Source: Candidatus Poseidoniia archaeon
GTDB lineage: Archaea > Thermoplasmatota > Poseidoniia > MGIII > CG-Epi1
NCBI GenBank assembly: GCA_030748895.1
Contig: JASMLC010000003.1
Coordinates: 78,594-142,593 of the forward strand
Direction of reading: 5' to 3'
Length of the DNA: 64,000 nt
The position numbers and the translations under genes are program-made. This document shows, piece by piece, positions 25,869 through 34,977 of this stretch; the stretch's first letter is position 1; each line of letters begins with the position of its first letter. The notes below the pieces were generated by a model that was not told the origin of the DNA, did not search any database, and saw nothing but the letters and a program-made list of their open reading frames with translations.

Positions 25869-26510
25869 ATGGCGCTGAAGCTCGTCGTCTTCGACATGGA
25901 CGGAACGCTGCTGCGCCCCAAGTCGTCGTGGGGGCTGCTGCACGACCATTTCGGCACCGACAATTCCGAGATGCTCGCGCGCTACCTGCGGCACGAGGTG
26001 AGCGACACCGAGTTCGTCGCCACCGACCTTGCGCTCTGGGCCGCCGCCAACGGCGGCCCGGTTGATGCGGCGACGGTCAACGCCGCGCTCGACCGCGCCG
26101 AACTGCTGCCGGGCGCTGCCGAGGCGGTCGCCGGCCTGCACACGACGGGAATCGCGACTGCGATTATCTCGGGCGGCATCGATTATCTCGCCCAAAAGCT
26201 GGCGGCGGAGTGGGGCATGGCGGAAGCGCACGCCAACCCGCTGTTTGACTCGCCCGCGGGGCTGCAGGGCGATATTCGCGTCAGCGGCCACGCCAAGGCG
26301 CCGGTGATGCGCGGCGTGATGGCGCGCCATCACGCCGCGCGCGACGAGGTAGCGGCGGTCGGCGACACGGTGGTTGACCTGGACCTGTTCGCACTCGCGG
26401 GGACCAGCGTCGCAGTCAACACCGACGACGAGCAGGTCATCGCGGCGGCGACGCACCACCTGCCCGACGAGTCACTCGACGGTTTGCTGGAATTATTGCT
26501 TCCGCGTTAG
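25869..26510 (+). CDS. HAD-superfamily hydrolase (phosphoserine phosphatase-like)
   Basis: Motif I VVFDMDGTL. Motif IV GDTVVDLD. 213 aa from the ATG at 25869. Confidence 0.75.
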   Translation: MALKLVVFDMDGTLLRPKSSWGLLHDHFGTDNSEMLARYLRHEVSDTEFVATDLALWAAANGGPVDAATVNAALDRAELLPGAAEAVAGLHTTGIATAIISGGIDYLAQKLAAEWGMAEAHANPLFDSPAGLQGDIRVSGHAKAPVMRGVMARHHAARDEVAAVGDTVVDLDLFALAGTSVAVNTDDEQVIAAATHHLPDESLDGLLELLLPR

Positions 26511-27872
26511 TAGCGCGCCCAGCAACGCCGCCGCGGCCGCGACCAGCGCCAGCCGGTCCAGTCCTGGTGAGGGCGAGATGGCCCAGAGCGCGAGGCTGAA
26601 GCCGGCGAAGAGCAGCGCGCTCTGCTGCACCACGGCGCGGCGCGACTGTCCCACCTGCAGCATCAGCACCAGCACCAGCGTGAAAGTGAGCGACGCGAGG
26701 CGGAACGGCGCCGCGTAGCCGAGCAGCGTCCAGAGGCTGGTGCCGAGCAGCGGCCCGATGGCACGCGACAGTGCGCCCAGCGACTGGCTCAGTCCCAGCA
26801 CTGTCCCCTGCTCCTGCGGCCCCACCGCGCGCGAAATCAGCGCGTTGAGCGTCGGCTGGATGAAGCCACTGCCGAGCGAGAAAATCGTCGTTGCCAGCGC
26901 AACGCCTTCGAGCGTCGTCGTGTAGGGAATATAGCCCATACCGAGCAGCATCAACAACGCCCCCGCGCGCGAGGTCCATGCTTCGCCGCAGCGGCGCACC
27001 GCGGGGCCGACGAGGCCGCCCTGCGTCACGATGCTGACGCCGCCCATGTAGGCGAACAATACCCCGGATAGCCGCACCGGCAGCCCGATGCGCTCCTTCG
27101 AGAACTCGACGAAGGTGCCGAAGATGATTGAGAACGCCAGCAGGTAGAGCGTGAAGATAACCAGCAGCAGTCCCAGCCGCGGCTGGCGCAGGTAGGCGAG
27201 CGTCTCGCGCAGCGCTTCCCCCGGCGAGACGCGCGGCCGCACCATGTGGTCTGACGGGAGCGACTCGGGCAGCCAGCGCCAGGCGCAGAAGAGGTTCAGC
27301 AGCGCCAGCCCCGACCCGAAAAACGCCGGCAGCCAGAAGCCCCACTGCCCCAGCAGCCCGCCCAGCGCCGGCCCGCAGACAAAACCCAGCCCGAAGGCGA
27401 CGCCGAGCATCCCCATCCCCTGCGCGCGCTCCTCGGGCGGCGTCACGTCCGCCACGTAGGCGTACGCGGCGGCGTAGTTGGCGCTCATCACCCCCAGCAT
27501 GATGCGCGACAGGAACAGCACCCCCAGCAGGAGGCGGTTGTCGTCGCTCAATCCCAGCGCCGGGTCGGCCAGCCCGAACACCGCGTAGGCGACCGCCGCA
27601 CCACCGAGGCCGAGCATGATGACCGGCCGGCGGCCGATACGGTCGCTCAGCCGCCCCCACGCCGGAAGGCAGACGAACTGCGCCAGCGAGAAGGCGGTAA
27701 TCAGCAGGCCGACGGTGAGGATTGTACCGCCCAGTTCGGCCACGATGTAATTCAGCAACGGGATGAACATCGCGAACCCCGCAAGGTCGATGAACATCGT
27801 CAGCATCAGGATGTGGAGCGGCTTCACCGGCCCCGCAGGCGAGGGGGTGATATCAGGATGCTGCGCCGGCAA
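26493..27872 (-). CDS. MFS transporter
   Basis: 12-TM topology with MFS signature regions (GRLSDRIGRRPVI, tandem 6+6 helices). Confidence 0.85.
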   Translation of the reverse strand: MPAQHPDITPSPAGPVKPLHILMLTMFIDLAGFAMFIPLLNYIVAELGGTILTVGLLITAFSLAQFVCLPAWGRLSDRIGRRPVIMLGLGGAAVAYAVFGLADPALGLSDDNRLLLGVLFLSRIMLGVMSANYAAAYAYVADVTPPEERAQGMGMLGVAFGLGFVCGPALGGLLGQWGFWLPAFFGSGLALLNLFCAWRWLPESLPSDHMVRPRVSPGEALRETLAYLRQPRLGLLLVIFTLYLLAFSIIFGTFVEFSKERIGLPVRLSGVLFAYMGGVSIVTQGGLVGPAVRRCGEAWTSRAGALLMLLGMGYIPYTTTLEGVALATTIFSLGSGFIQPTLNALISRAVGPQEQGTVLGLSQSLGALSRAIGPLLGTSLWTLLGYAAPFRLASLTFTLVLVLMLQVGQSRRAVVQQSALLFAGFSLALWAISPSPGLDRLALVAAAAALLGALLTRKQ

Positions 27873-27939
27873 AACCGGCGGGATAGAACTTGCTTATATC
27901 CCCATGCGCCCTACCGCGCTCCCCGGGAAGAGGATTATC

Positions 27940-30900
27940 ATGCGCCAACATCTCAGAAATGCACTCGCCGTACTTGCGTCTGTAATCCTGTTTTCACTGG
28001 CGGCCACGACCGTAACGGGCGAGGGGGTGGACCTGACAATTACTTCCCTGGACTACACGAACGACTTTGAGACGGGAGATCCCGTTACCATCGTCCAGAG
28101 CGGGCGGGATGCTGGCACTGTATACAAATACAATTTTTACGACGATGATGATGATAACTGTGGTGAGCAGCGGTGTATCCCCGAGAACTGGTATGCGAAG
28201 AATTTTGACGACGCAATCTGGGATTCAGGAGCCGCACCATTCGGCAATAATGATCAGGCCGGCGCCAGTCCGGGCACGATGTGGCAAACAGAGGATGATC
28301 TGAATGACCACGTCATAATTCGCCATCACTTTACTTACAATGATGAGTATGATGCAATCAGTGCAACCCTGAACCTGGCCTACAATAACTACTATGTCGC
28401 CTACCTGAACGGGAACCTTATTCGAGACTGCTATTCTTACCAAAACAACAACAATTGTTATCAAGGCGACGCTGCATACTGGAACAATGAACTGACCTAT
28501 GACGGAGGCTCCCAGTCAGGGCCTAATCAAGATTGGCTAGTCGAAGGTGACAACGTACTTGCCATACTAGGGAGAGATAGTACTTGGGGTGGGGACCCTG
28601 ATCAGTGGCTTGATGTCGAACTCGTGGTCAACGTCCAGTCCTGGAGGGAAAAACCGATTATCCTCGGTGATGACCTGTGGCTGAGGGTGATTACTTCCAA
28701 CGTGGGAAACGAAACCGCTGAGAACTTCAGTGTCACGCTGGAAATCGAGGGTGAGGAGCTGGGGAATACTACCATAACTGAACTGGCACCTAATGCTACG
28801 GCTGAAAGTGTGTTCTACTGGACTCCGGAGGCGCTCGGAGACTTTAATCTCATGGCTTTTGCTGATGCTGGGCAAGATGTTGGGGAAAGCGATGAGAACA
28901 ACAATACCCTGAATCGCACAATACATATTGGGTTCTATGCGTACAATCTTACTGTGGAATCAAACCATGTTGTAGGAAATGTTACAGAGATTTTCAGGTA
29001 CAATCTAACTGTCACTAACGAAGGCGACGTGGAAGACAATTTCACCCTCTCAGCCTCAGGTATTTTCTACAATTGGGATTGGACCCTTACGCCCAGCGTA
29101 CTTCACCTGCAACCCGGAGAGGGCGGGAATGCGACTCTTGAAATAGTTCCGGACAGAGAGACGTTGGCTGGGAATTACTCCGTGTTCATGAGTGCCAGGT
29201 CTCAGTACTATAGTGAATTCAGGGAGAGCGTAGTCCTGAGTGGCCGGGATAACGAGACAGAATGGTGGTGGGCCCATTCCAATAGCAGTAACACGCGACT
29301 CTACTATTGCACGGACAATGATGAACCCGACGACCCAGATTATGAATGCGATATCAGCTGGACCGAACTGGACTTCGACTATGATGACAACTGGACCCTT
29401 GACCCGGCACCCTTCGGAGATACCGACATAGGCAATGTAGACAACAACACGGTCTGGCAAGGCAACAGTTACGCCTACTTCCGCCATATATTCACTATCG
29501 ATAATATCTCGGCTTACGAAGGGGGCAGCCTGAGCCTGAATACTGCGGCAAACAACTACGGGACCTACTACCTGAACAGCCAGATAGTGTTCAATGACAT
29601 GCGGCAGGGTCAGGGACACACCGCGAATTACTGGAACGATGAAACCCTGTTTGGACCCGAACTCCTGCAGGAGGGCGAAAATATCCTGGCGTCAGTAGTC
29701 CGGGAAACTGGAAACACCCAGTGGTTTGATGAGGAAGTGGTGGCTGTTTTCTCCCAATCCGCAGCCTGGGATTTCGTTCCGCTACCACTGGAACTGGAAA
29801 TGGAGGTACTGCCGACCTATAATTTCTCGCTCTCGGCTCCCATTAGCAACAAGCAGATTCCGGACGACACTAACTACACCTTTCAAGTCTGGATTACCAA
29901 TCTGGGAAACATCGGAGATACCTATGAGATGGTAGTCACACTAAACGACACCTACAACTTCACAATTCTTAACTACACCACCACTGAAATGCACAGCGTT
30001 GTTGGAGAGGGGGCAATAGGTTACATTAATGTCACCATGCGCGACCTTATCGAGGAAGACGCGCGTGGCGGTTTCAATGTTACTGTAATTTCGCGCAACT
30101 CGACCGAACAACTCACTAAATGGATTGAGCTGACTGCAAGGCTCTATATCGTGCCTGACACACTGCGTCCTGTTACGGAGGCTATAACAGATCCACTCGT
30201 CAACTCGACCTCGTTCCAGGTAGGGTGGGAAGTAGCCGAATGGTATCGCCTCGATGAGGTGCTCGGCAACGACACCTTGGTGGTAACCGTCGAATACCGG
30301 CGCGACAACGGCAGCGGCGGCTGGGAGGAGTGGCAGGTGTGGCAGGTCTTCACGGCCGAGGACGAGGACAATCCGCTCGGCAGCGGGAGCGGAACCTTCT
30401 CGCTGGGTGAGGACGGCCGCAGCTTCCAGTTCCGGGCAACCGGCCTCGACGACGACGGGCTGCTGGAGGACAAGACGGGACGCAATGACACCGAGACGCT
30501 GGTCGACACGACCCCGCCGACGGTCGCCGTTTCTAGCGACCCGGCCGGCGCGCTGCTCAGCACCGACTATCTCGAGCTGAGCTGGGAGAGCAGCACCAGC
30601 GACCTTGCTGGCTACGACCTGCAACATTCGTTTGACGGCGGCGCGTGGGAAACGCTGCTGGCCGACTCGCTCGCGACGCGCTACGACTACTACGTCACGG
30701 CCGACGGTAGCCACGCCTTCCGCGTCATCGCGAGCGATGACGCGGGCAACCGCGACGTGCCCGACACGCCCCAAATCAGCATGGTCATCGACACCGCAGC
30801 CCCGACGGGGAGGCTCGCGTCGCTGGAGCCGCTGACCGGCGCGCTGGCGGTGACGTTGCTGCCATCGCAGGACAACGCCAGCAGCTACAACCTGAGCTAC

Positions 30901-31917
30901 GCGCGGATTGCCGAGGAACAGCTGCTGACCGCCATCTGGGCGTGGCAGGAGCTCGGCAGCTGGAACGCAACGCAGTCGCACGACTTCGACGTCGTCGACG
31001 GCTACGCCTACTACTTCCGCTACACGCCGGTCGACGCGGCGGGCAACGTCGCCGACCGCGACTCCCTCAGCGCAACTTACAGCGGCGACGGAAACCCGGG
31101 CCAGTCGTTCCCACTGCTGCTCCCCGCTATCATCCAGCAGGGCGACCTGCAACTCACCGTGCACGCTGGCCTGACGGAACTGGCGCGCAGCAACGCGCCG
31201 GGGATGGTTCTCAGCAACCAATTCTACTACGACACGGCGACCGCCACCATCCAATTCGGGAACGGCGCGAGCGGCTACCTGCCGACCGAGGGGGAGTCTA
31301 TTACCATCGCCTGGAGCGGCTACGACGCCGCGACGCTGGTTGACCGCACCCCGCCCTCCGCCCCGCGCAGCTTCGAGCTGACGCTGGCGGTCGGGGGGAC
31401 GACGGCGCAGCTGCGGTTCCTCTATTCAGCCTCGGACGACGTGGTCGAGTATCGCATCATCCGCAAGGATTCGCCCAACGCTACCGGCGACCTGCTCACG
31501 ACACTCGCCCACAGCGAGGGGTACCTGACGTACGTCGACCAGCCGCCGGGCGAACAGCTCTGGATTTACCGTGTCATAGCGGTCGACCGCAGGGGGCAGC
31601 TCTCGCCAGCGGTCGAGGCGACGGTCGATCTGACACCAGCGGTGCAGCCACTGACGGACGGCGACGATGAAGCGGGGCTGCCGCTGATGACGCTGCTGGC
31701 GGGCGCGGCGCTGGTGCTGGGCGGTGGAGCGGCGGCCTGGTGGTTCACCCGGCCGCCGCCCGTGGCCATCGCGCCGGTGCTGACGAGTGTCGCGTCGCCT
31801 TTCACCGCCGCCGGGGCAGAACTGGCGTGCGACGGATGCGGAACCGTCTTCGCCCCCGACGAGGGGGAGACGCTACACTGCCCCGGCTGCGGGCAGGTCG
31901 GGCCACCCCCTTCCTGA
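27940..31917 (+). CDS. Giant exported adhesin-like protein: signal peptide, two galactose-binding-like jellyroll domains, CARDB-like and NPCBM/DUF11-like repeats, two FN3-like domains, a TM helix and a C-terminal cytoplasmic CxxC...CxxC zinc ribbon
   Basis: ATG at 27940 with GAGGA 8 nt upstream. Signal MRQHLRNALAVLASVILFSLAATTVTG. Jellyroll signatures ATLNLAYNNYYVAYLNGNLI...GDNVLAILGRDSTWGG and SLSLNTAANNYGTYYLNSQIVF...GENILASVVRETGN. CARDB-like ...ENFSVTLEIEGEELGNTTITELAPNATAESVFYWTP...DENNNTL. FN3-like TTPPTVAVSS... and DRTPPSAPRSF.... TM LPLMTLLAGAALVLGGGAAAWWF. Zinc ribbon CDGCGTVFAPDEGETLHCPGCG. Dozens of N-x-S/T sequons. Confidence 0.85.
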   Translation: MRQHLRNALAVLASVILFSLAATTVTGEGVDLTITSLDYTNDFETGDPVTIVQSGRDAGTVYKYNFYDDDDDNCGEQRCIPENWYAKNFDDAIWDSGAAPFGNNDQAGASPGTMWQTEDDLNDHVIIRHHFTYNDEYDAISATLNLAYNNYYVAYLNGNLIRDCYSYQNNNNCYQGDAAYWNNELTYDGGSQSGPNQDWLVEGDNVLAILGRDSTWGGDPDQWLDVELVVNVQSWREKPIILGDDLWLRVITSNVGNETAENFSVTLEIEGEELGNTTITELAPNATAESVFYWTPEALGDFNLMAFADAGQDVGESDENNNTLNRTIHIGFYAYNLTVESNHVVGNVTEIFRYNLTVTNEGDVEDNFTLSASGIFYNWDWTLTPSVLHLQPGEGGNATLEIVPDRETLAGNYSVFMSARSQYYSEFRESVVLSGRDNETEWWWAHSNSSNTRLYYCTDNDEPDDPDYECDISWTELDFDYDDNWTLDPAPFGDTDIGNVDNNTVWQGNSYAYFRHIFTIDNISAYEGGSLSLNTAANNYGTYYLNSQIVFNDMRQGQGHTANYWNDETLFGPELLQEGENILASVVRETGNTQWFDEEVVAVFSQSAAWDFVPLPLELEMEVLPTYNFSLSAPISNKQIPDDTNYTFQVWITNLGNIGDTYEMVVTLNDTYNFTILNYTTTEMHSVVGEGAIGYINVTMRDLIEEDARGGFNVTVISRNSTEQLTKWIELTARLYIVPDTLRPVTEAITDPLVNSTSFQVGWEVAEWYRLDEVLGNDTLVVTVEYRRDNGSGGWEEWQVWQVFTAEDEDNPLGSGSGTFSLGEDGRSFQFRATGLDDDGLLEDKTGRNDTETLVDTTPPTVAVSSDPAGALLSTDYLELSWESSTSDLAGYDLQHSFDGGAWETLLADSLATRYDYYVTADGSHAFRVIASDDAGNRDVPDTPQISMVIDTAAPTGRLASLEPLTGALAVTLLPSQDNASSYNLSYARIAEEQLLTAIWAWQELGSWNATQSHDFDVVDGYAYYFRYTPVDAAGNVADRDSLSATYSGDGNPGQSFPLLLPAIIQQGDLQLTVHAGLTELARSNAPGMVLSNQFYYDTATATIQFGNGASGYLPTEGESITIAWSGYDAATLVDRTPPSAPRSFELTLAVGGTTAQLRFLYSASDDVVEYRIIRKDSPNATGDLLTTLAHSEGYLTYVDQPPGEQLWIYRVIAVDRRGQLSPAVEATVDLTPAVQPLTDGDDEAGLPLMTLLAGAALVLGGGAAAWWFTRPPPVAIAPVLTSVASPFTAAGAELACDGCGTVFAPDEGETLHCPGCGQVGPPPS

Positions 31918-31976
31918 AGCGCTGACGCAATCTTATAAAGCGCATTACAACATACGGTAGACAACCGGAGGTTGAT

Positions 31977-32636
31977 ATGTCGCTGGAAGAAATCGATGAC
32001 CTGTTCTACCTACTCGAAAACCCGACGCGGCGGCGCATCCTGAAGCTGCTCTCCCGCGAGCGGCTCTACCCGCTGCAGCTGTCGCGCGAAATTGACGTCA
32101 GCCAGCAGGCGGTGGTCAAGCACCTGCGCATCCTCGAGGAGCACGGCATGGTCGCTTCGCGCGACGAACCGAGCGACAGGGGGCCCAACCGGCGCGTCTA
32201 CCGCGCTTCGCGCTCGGTCTCGCTGCATATCGACGTTGGGCCGACGACTTTCCGTGAGCAGGCGGCACCGATGGCCGAGGATGCCAAACTGAGCGCCGAG
32301 CAGCTGCGCATCCGCAGCGCTATCTCCGAGGCGCGCAATATGGAGCCGAGCGCCCGCATGGACCTGCTGGCGCGCGTCGGCGAGGATTTGCGCCACTCGC
32401 TGCATGCCCACGAGCAGGAGCGGCAGCAGCTGCTGGCGCTAATCAGCGAGTTGAACCGCGAAGTGGGGCGCTGCAGCCGCAAGGCGGACTGCAGCTACGA
32501 CGAGCGGCGGATGCTGCACCACATGCTCCAGAACCCGAGCTACACCATCGAGGGCGCTGCCGCCGCGCTGGGGCTGCGCGAAGCCGAGGTACGGCTGCTG
32601 CTGACGGGGCTAGAGCAGCGCGGGCTCGCCCGCTGA
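31977..32636 (+). CDS. ArsR-family winged-helix transcriptional regulator with a C-terminal coiled-coil/helical extension
   Basis: LENPTRRRILKLLSRERLYPLQLSREIDVSQQAVVKHLRILEEHGMV is a canonical ArsR/SmtB HTH. GGAGGT RBS 6 nt upstream. Confidence 0.7.
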   Translation: MSLEEIDDLFYLLENPTRRRILKLLSRERLYPLQLSREIDVSQQAVVKHLRILEEHGMVASRDEPSDRGPNRRVYRASRSVSLHIDVGPTTFREQAAPMAEDAKLSAEQLRIRSAISEARNMEPSARMDLLARVGEDLRHSLHAHEQERQQLLALISELNREVGRCSRKADCSYDERRMLHHMLQNPSYTIEGAAAALGLREAEVRLLLTGLEQRGLAR

Positions 32637-32664
32637 ACATTAAATAGGGGAACTAAATCGACGG

Positions 32665-33165
32665 ATGATGCGAATTCTCTACGGCACGCTGGTGCTGTTA
32701 CTCGTCGCCACGGCGGCCCACGGCGAGGCAACCTACCGCGTCGACGGACTGCCGCTCGACTACGCCCTCGGCGCGACCTACGAGGTCACGCTGACGGTGA
32801 GCGACCCCGACGCGGTGACGGGGGTCACAATCACGACCACTAACGGCTCGCTCTCCGCCGCGGATGAGTTCGGCGAAGGCGAGGCACACGACCTGCAATT
32901 CGGCGCGGACGACGGCTGGAGCTTCTTCTGGCAGGCGCCCGCCGACGTACACGAACTGGGCAAGGGCGAGGCGGAATTCAGCGTCACTTTCGCCGGCGAG
33001 GATGACTCGACCTGGGCCAGCTACGAAACGGTCGTGCGGCCGCCGCCAATCCACGCCGAGGATGAGGAAGCGACGCCCGTTTGGGCGCTGCAACTGGCAT
33101 GGGGCGGCGTCGCGCTGACTGGGATCCTGGCACTGGCTGCGGCATTCGTGCTGCGGCGCGGCTGA
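32665..33165 (+). CDS. Small exported protein with a C-terminal TM anchor
   Basis: Signal peptide MMRILYGTLVLLLVATAAHGEA. Acidic beta-rich body. C-terminal TM WGGVALTGILALAAAFVLRRG. Confidence 0.5.
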   Translation: MMRILYGTLVLLLVATAAHGEATYRVDGLPLDYALGATYEVTLTVSDPDAVTGVTITTTNGSLSAADEFGEGEAHDLQFGADDGWSFFWQAPADVHELGKGEAEFSVTFAGEDDSTWASYETVVRPPPIHAEDEEATPVWALQLAWGGVALTGILALAAAFVLRRG

Positions 33166-33251
33166 AGCGGCTATCGTCGGAGACGCGGGCGCAACGTATA
33201 TATCGGGCGACAAACGTCCCTGATACCTGCCTACGGGCAGAGGACATAACC

Positions 33252-33752
33252 ATGAAACGCAGAATTGTGAACGATGAGCAGGCGGTTTCACCTGTGATTG
33301 CGGTCATCCTGATGGTCGCAATTACGGTCGTGCTAGCCGCTGTGCTGTATGTGTGGGCCTCCAGCTTCCTGGGTGGCACCACTAAGAACGCGCCGACCGG
33401 CAGCACCATGGCAACCAAGACCTCAGGGAACGTCTGGATCGTAGAAATGATCAAGCTGAACCCGCAAGTCTCGGTGAACTCGGTCCACTGGTACCTGCTG
33501 GACATCCAGGGCAACACTGTCAGTGATGGCCTGGTATCGGCAGTCTACGGCTATTATGCCGGTGAGGGCAAGGGCGTCATCTTCGTCGACAACGACTTCG
33601 ATGGTAAGCTGAGCCCGGGCGACAAGTTCGAGGTCCACCCCGGTGAATCCGGCTCAGACCTCGAGAACACGAACTCGGTAGACGACTACAAGTTCCGTCT
33701 CAAGTTCGAGCCCACCGGCGACACCATCGGCTACGACACCCCGCTGTCATAG
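33252..33752 (+). CDS. Archaeal type IV pilin (class III signal peptide, DUF1628-type N-terminus)
   Basis: MKRRIVNDEQA|VSPVIAVILMVAITVVLAAVLYVW matches the prepilin-peptidase (PibD/FlaK) processing consensus K/R...G/A|VSPVI plus a hydrophobic helix. Confidence 0.8.
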   Translation: MKRRIVNDEQAVSPVIAVILMVAITVVLAAVLYVWASSFLGGTTKNAPTGSTMATKTSGNVWIVEMIKLNPQVSVNSVHWYLLDIQGNTVSDGLVSAVYGYYAGEGKGVIFVDNDFDGKLSPGDKFEVHPGESGSDLENTNSVDDYKFRLKFEPTGDTIGYDTPLS

Positions 33753-33777
33753 ACCTGACGGGCTGAACAGCCAAACA

Positions 33778-33798
33778 GGGGCGGCCCACAGCCGCCCC
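33778..33798 (+). terminator. GC hairpin (8-bp stem GGGGCGGC/GCCGCCCC, 5-nt loop) after the pilin gene. A second hairpin lies at 33814..33837 and a T5 tract at 33854..33858.
   Basis: A perfect inverted repeat read directly in the sequence, 26 nt after the pilin stop, followed by a T-tract (archaeal termination signal). Confidence 0.4.
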
Positions 33799-33863
33799 AC
33801 CCCTGCCGCAAGCGGCGCTAGCTGTGCTAGTAGCGCCGCCCGGCAGACCCCATTTTTACAACT

Positions 33864-34421
33864 TCAGCTCAGCTCGAAGTGTGCACACTCTAATCGTACC
33901 GCTCCCTGCGAGAGCTGGCTGACGTACCGCACGCAGTGCAGGTCGCCCGCGCCGAGCCGCGCCAGCAACAGCGCACCGGTCTCGCGCTCGCAAATTGCCT
34001 GCGCCCCGTCAGCGAAGCTGAAGATGTGGAAGCCACCGTGGACCGCTTGCGGCTGGCGCGTCAGATCGAGGGCGAGCAGTAGCCGCTCGCCCTCCCCCTC
34101 CGCGTCGTGCAGCAGCGAGTAGTCGCCCGGACCGTAGCACTCGTGGCGGCAGTCGCCCAACGCCCAGCGCGCGCCGGTCGCCTGCGCCAGCCATTCCGCC
34201 AGCGGCGGCGAGCGCCAGAAATCGGCCAGCTGCGGCGGCCCGGTCGCGCGGACCGCGAAACCGGGCCACTCCTCGCGCGTGAGTTTTCCGGCGGGCGGCA
34301 GCTCCGGGAGTTCGGTGAGGAAGCCGGAGAGCTGCACGACGCGCTCGCGCGCCAGCTGCTCGCTGACCGCAGCGAGCGCCTCGGAGTCGCACCACGCGGA
34401 GGCGATGGGGGCTTCAGCCAT
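33864..34421 (-). CDS. 2OG-Fe(II) oxygenase-like protein (paralog of the upstream gene, more divergent)
   Basis: Candidate HxD LLHDAEG and distal His GGFHIFSF. Same size, and overlaps the upstream 2OG oxygenase gene by 8 nt. Confidence 0.45.
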   Translation of the reverse strand: MAEAPIASAWCDSEALAAVSEQLARERVVQLSGFLTELPELPPAGKLTREEWPGFAVRATGPPQLADFWRSPPLAEWLAQATGARWALGDCRHECYGPGDYSLLHDAEGEGERLLLALDLTRQPQAVHGGFHIFSFADGAQAICERETGALLLARLGAGDLHCVRYVSQLSQGAVRLECAHFELS

Positions 34422-34977
34422 GGTACCACCCCGTCACCGTCAACCGCTGCACCTCGCCAACGACCTCTGCAACTTGGTGCCACGAACGCGGTGAGACGCG
34501 GAACAGCACCAGCGAATTGAACTCGGGGACAATACGCTTCACGGCGCGGCCGGCGATGTCGCCGGCCGCGTCAAACAGCTCGAGCGCGCCGCCGTCCTGC
34601 TCGCGCAGCCCGCGCGTCAGGTGCAGCGACCAGGCGACCTGCCGCCCCTCGACGCGGTCGTCGTGCGGCAGCAGGAAGTCGCCCTGCGCGTAGACGTAGG
34701 CGGCGAGGTCGAGGCTACGCAGCGGGGGCGTGGAGAACGCCGTCGCGACCCGGGCGCGCCAGGCGGGGTCGCCCAGTGTGCTGCGCAGCCCCTCCAGTTG
34801 CGGGGCTGCGCCCAGTTCGCGCGTCGAGGAGTAGCTGAACAAATCGGCCTCGCCCGGTTCAAAAACTTGCTCAGTGAGCCACTCCAGCTCCCCCGCAACG
34901 GCGTCGAGGTCGAGGAAGTCGTGGACGACCGCGTGCGGGAACGGCGCCGGAATTACCTCAATTTCATGACTGCGCAT
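34414..34977 (-). CDS. 2-oxoglutarate/Fe(II)-dependent oxygenase (prolyl-hydroxylase-like)
   Basis: DFLLPHDD (HxD), NSLVLFRVSPRSWHQV (distal His plus the RxS 2OG-binding motif). ATG at 34977; the upstream part of track ORF 34414..35508 is an out-of-frame artefact. Confidence 0.7.
   Translation of the reverse strand: MRSHEIEVIPAPFPHAVVHDFLDLDAVAGELEWLTEQVFEPGEADLFSYSSTRELGAAPQLEGLRSTLGDPAWRARVATAFSTPPLRSLDLAAYVYAQGDFLLPHDDRVEGRQVAWSLHLTRGLREQDGGALELFDAAGDIAGRAVKRIVPEFNSLVLFRVSPRSWHQVAEVVGEVQRLTVTGWYHG

Noticed and set aside
25359-26459. 366-aa minus-strand ORF opposite the HAD phosphatase gene
   Set aside because: It is antisense to a gene with clear HAD motifs (DMDGTL, GDTVVDLD). No motifs are present, and it is Arg/Gly/Ala-rich.
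29941-31254. 437-aa minus-strand ORF inside the giant adhesin gene, with companions at 29056..29619(-) and 30144..30563(-)
   Set aside because: These are antisense to a continuous, motif-rich 1325-aa plus-strand frame (CARDB, FN3, zinc ribbon).
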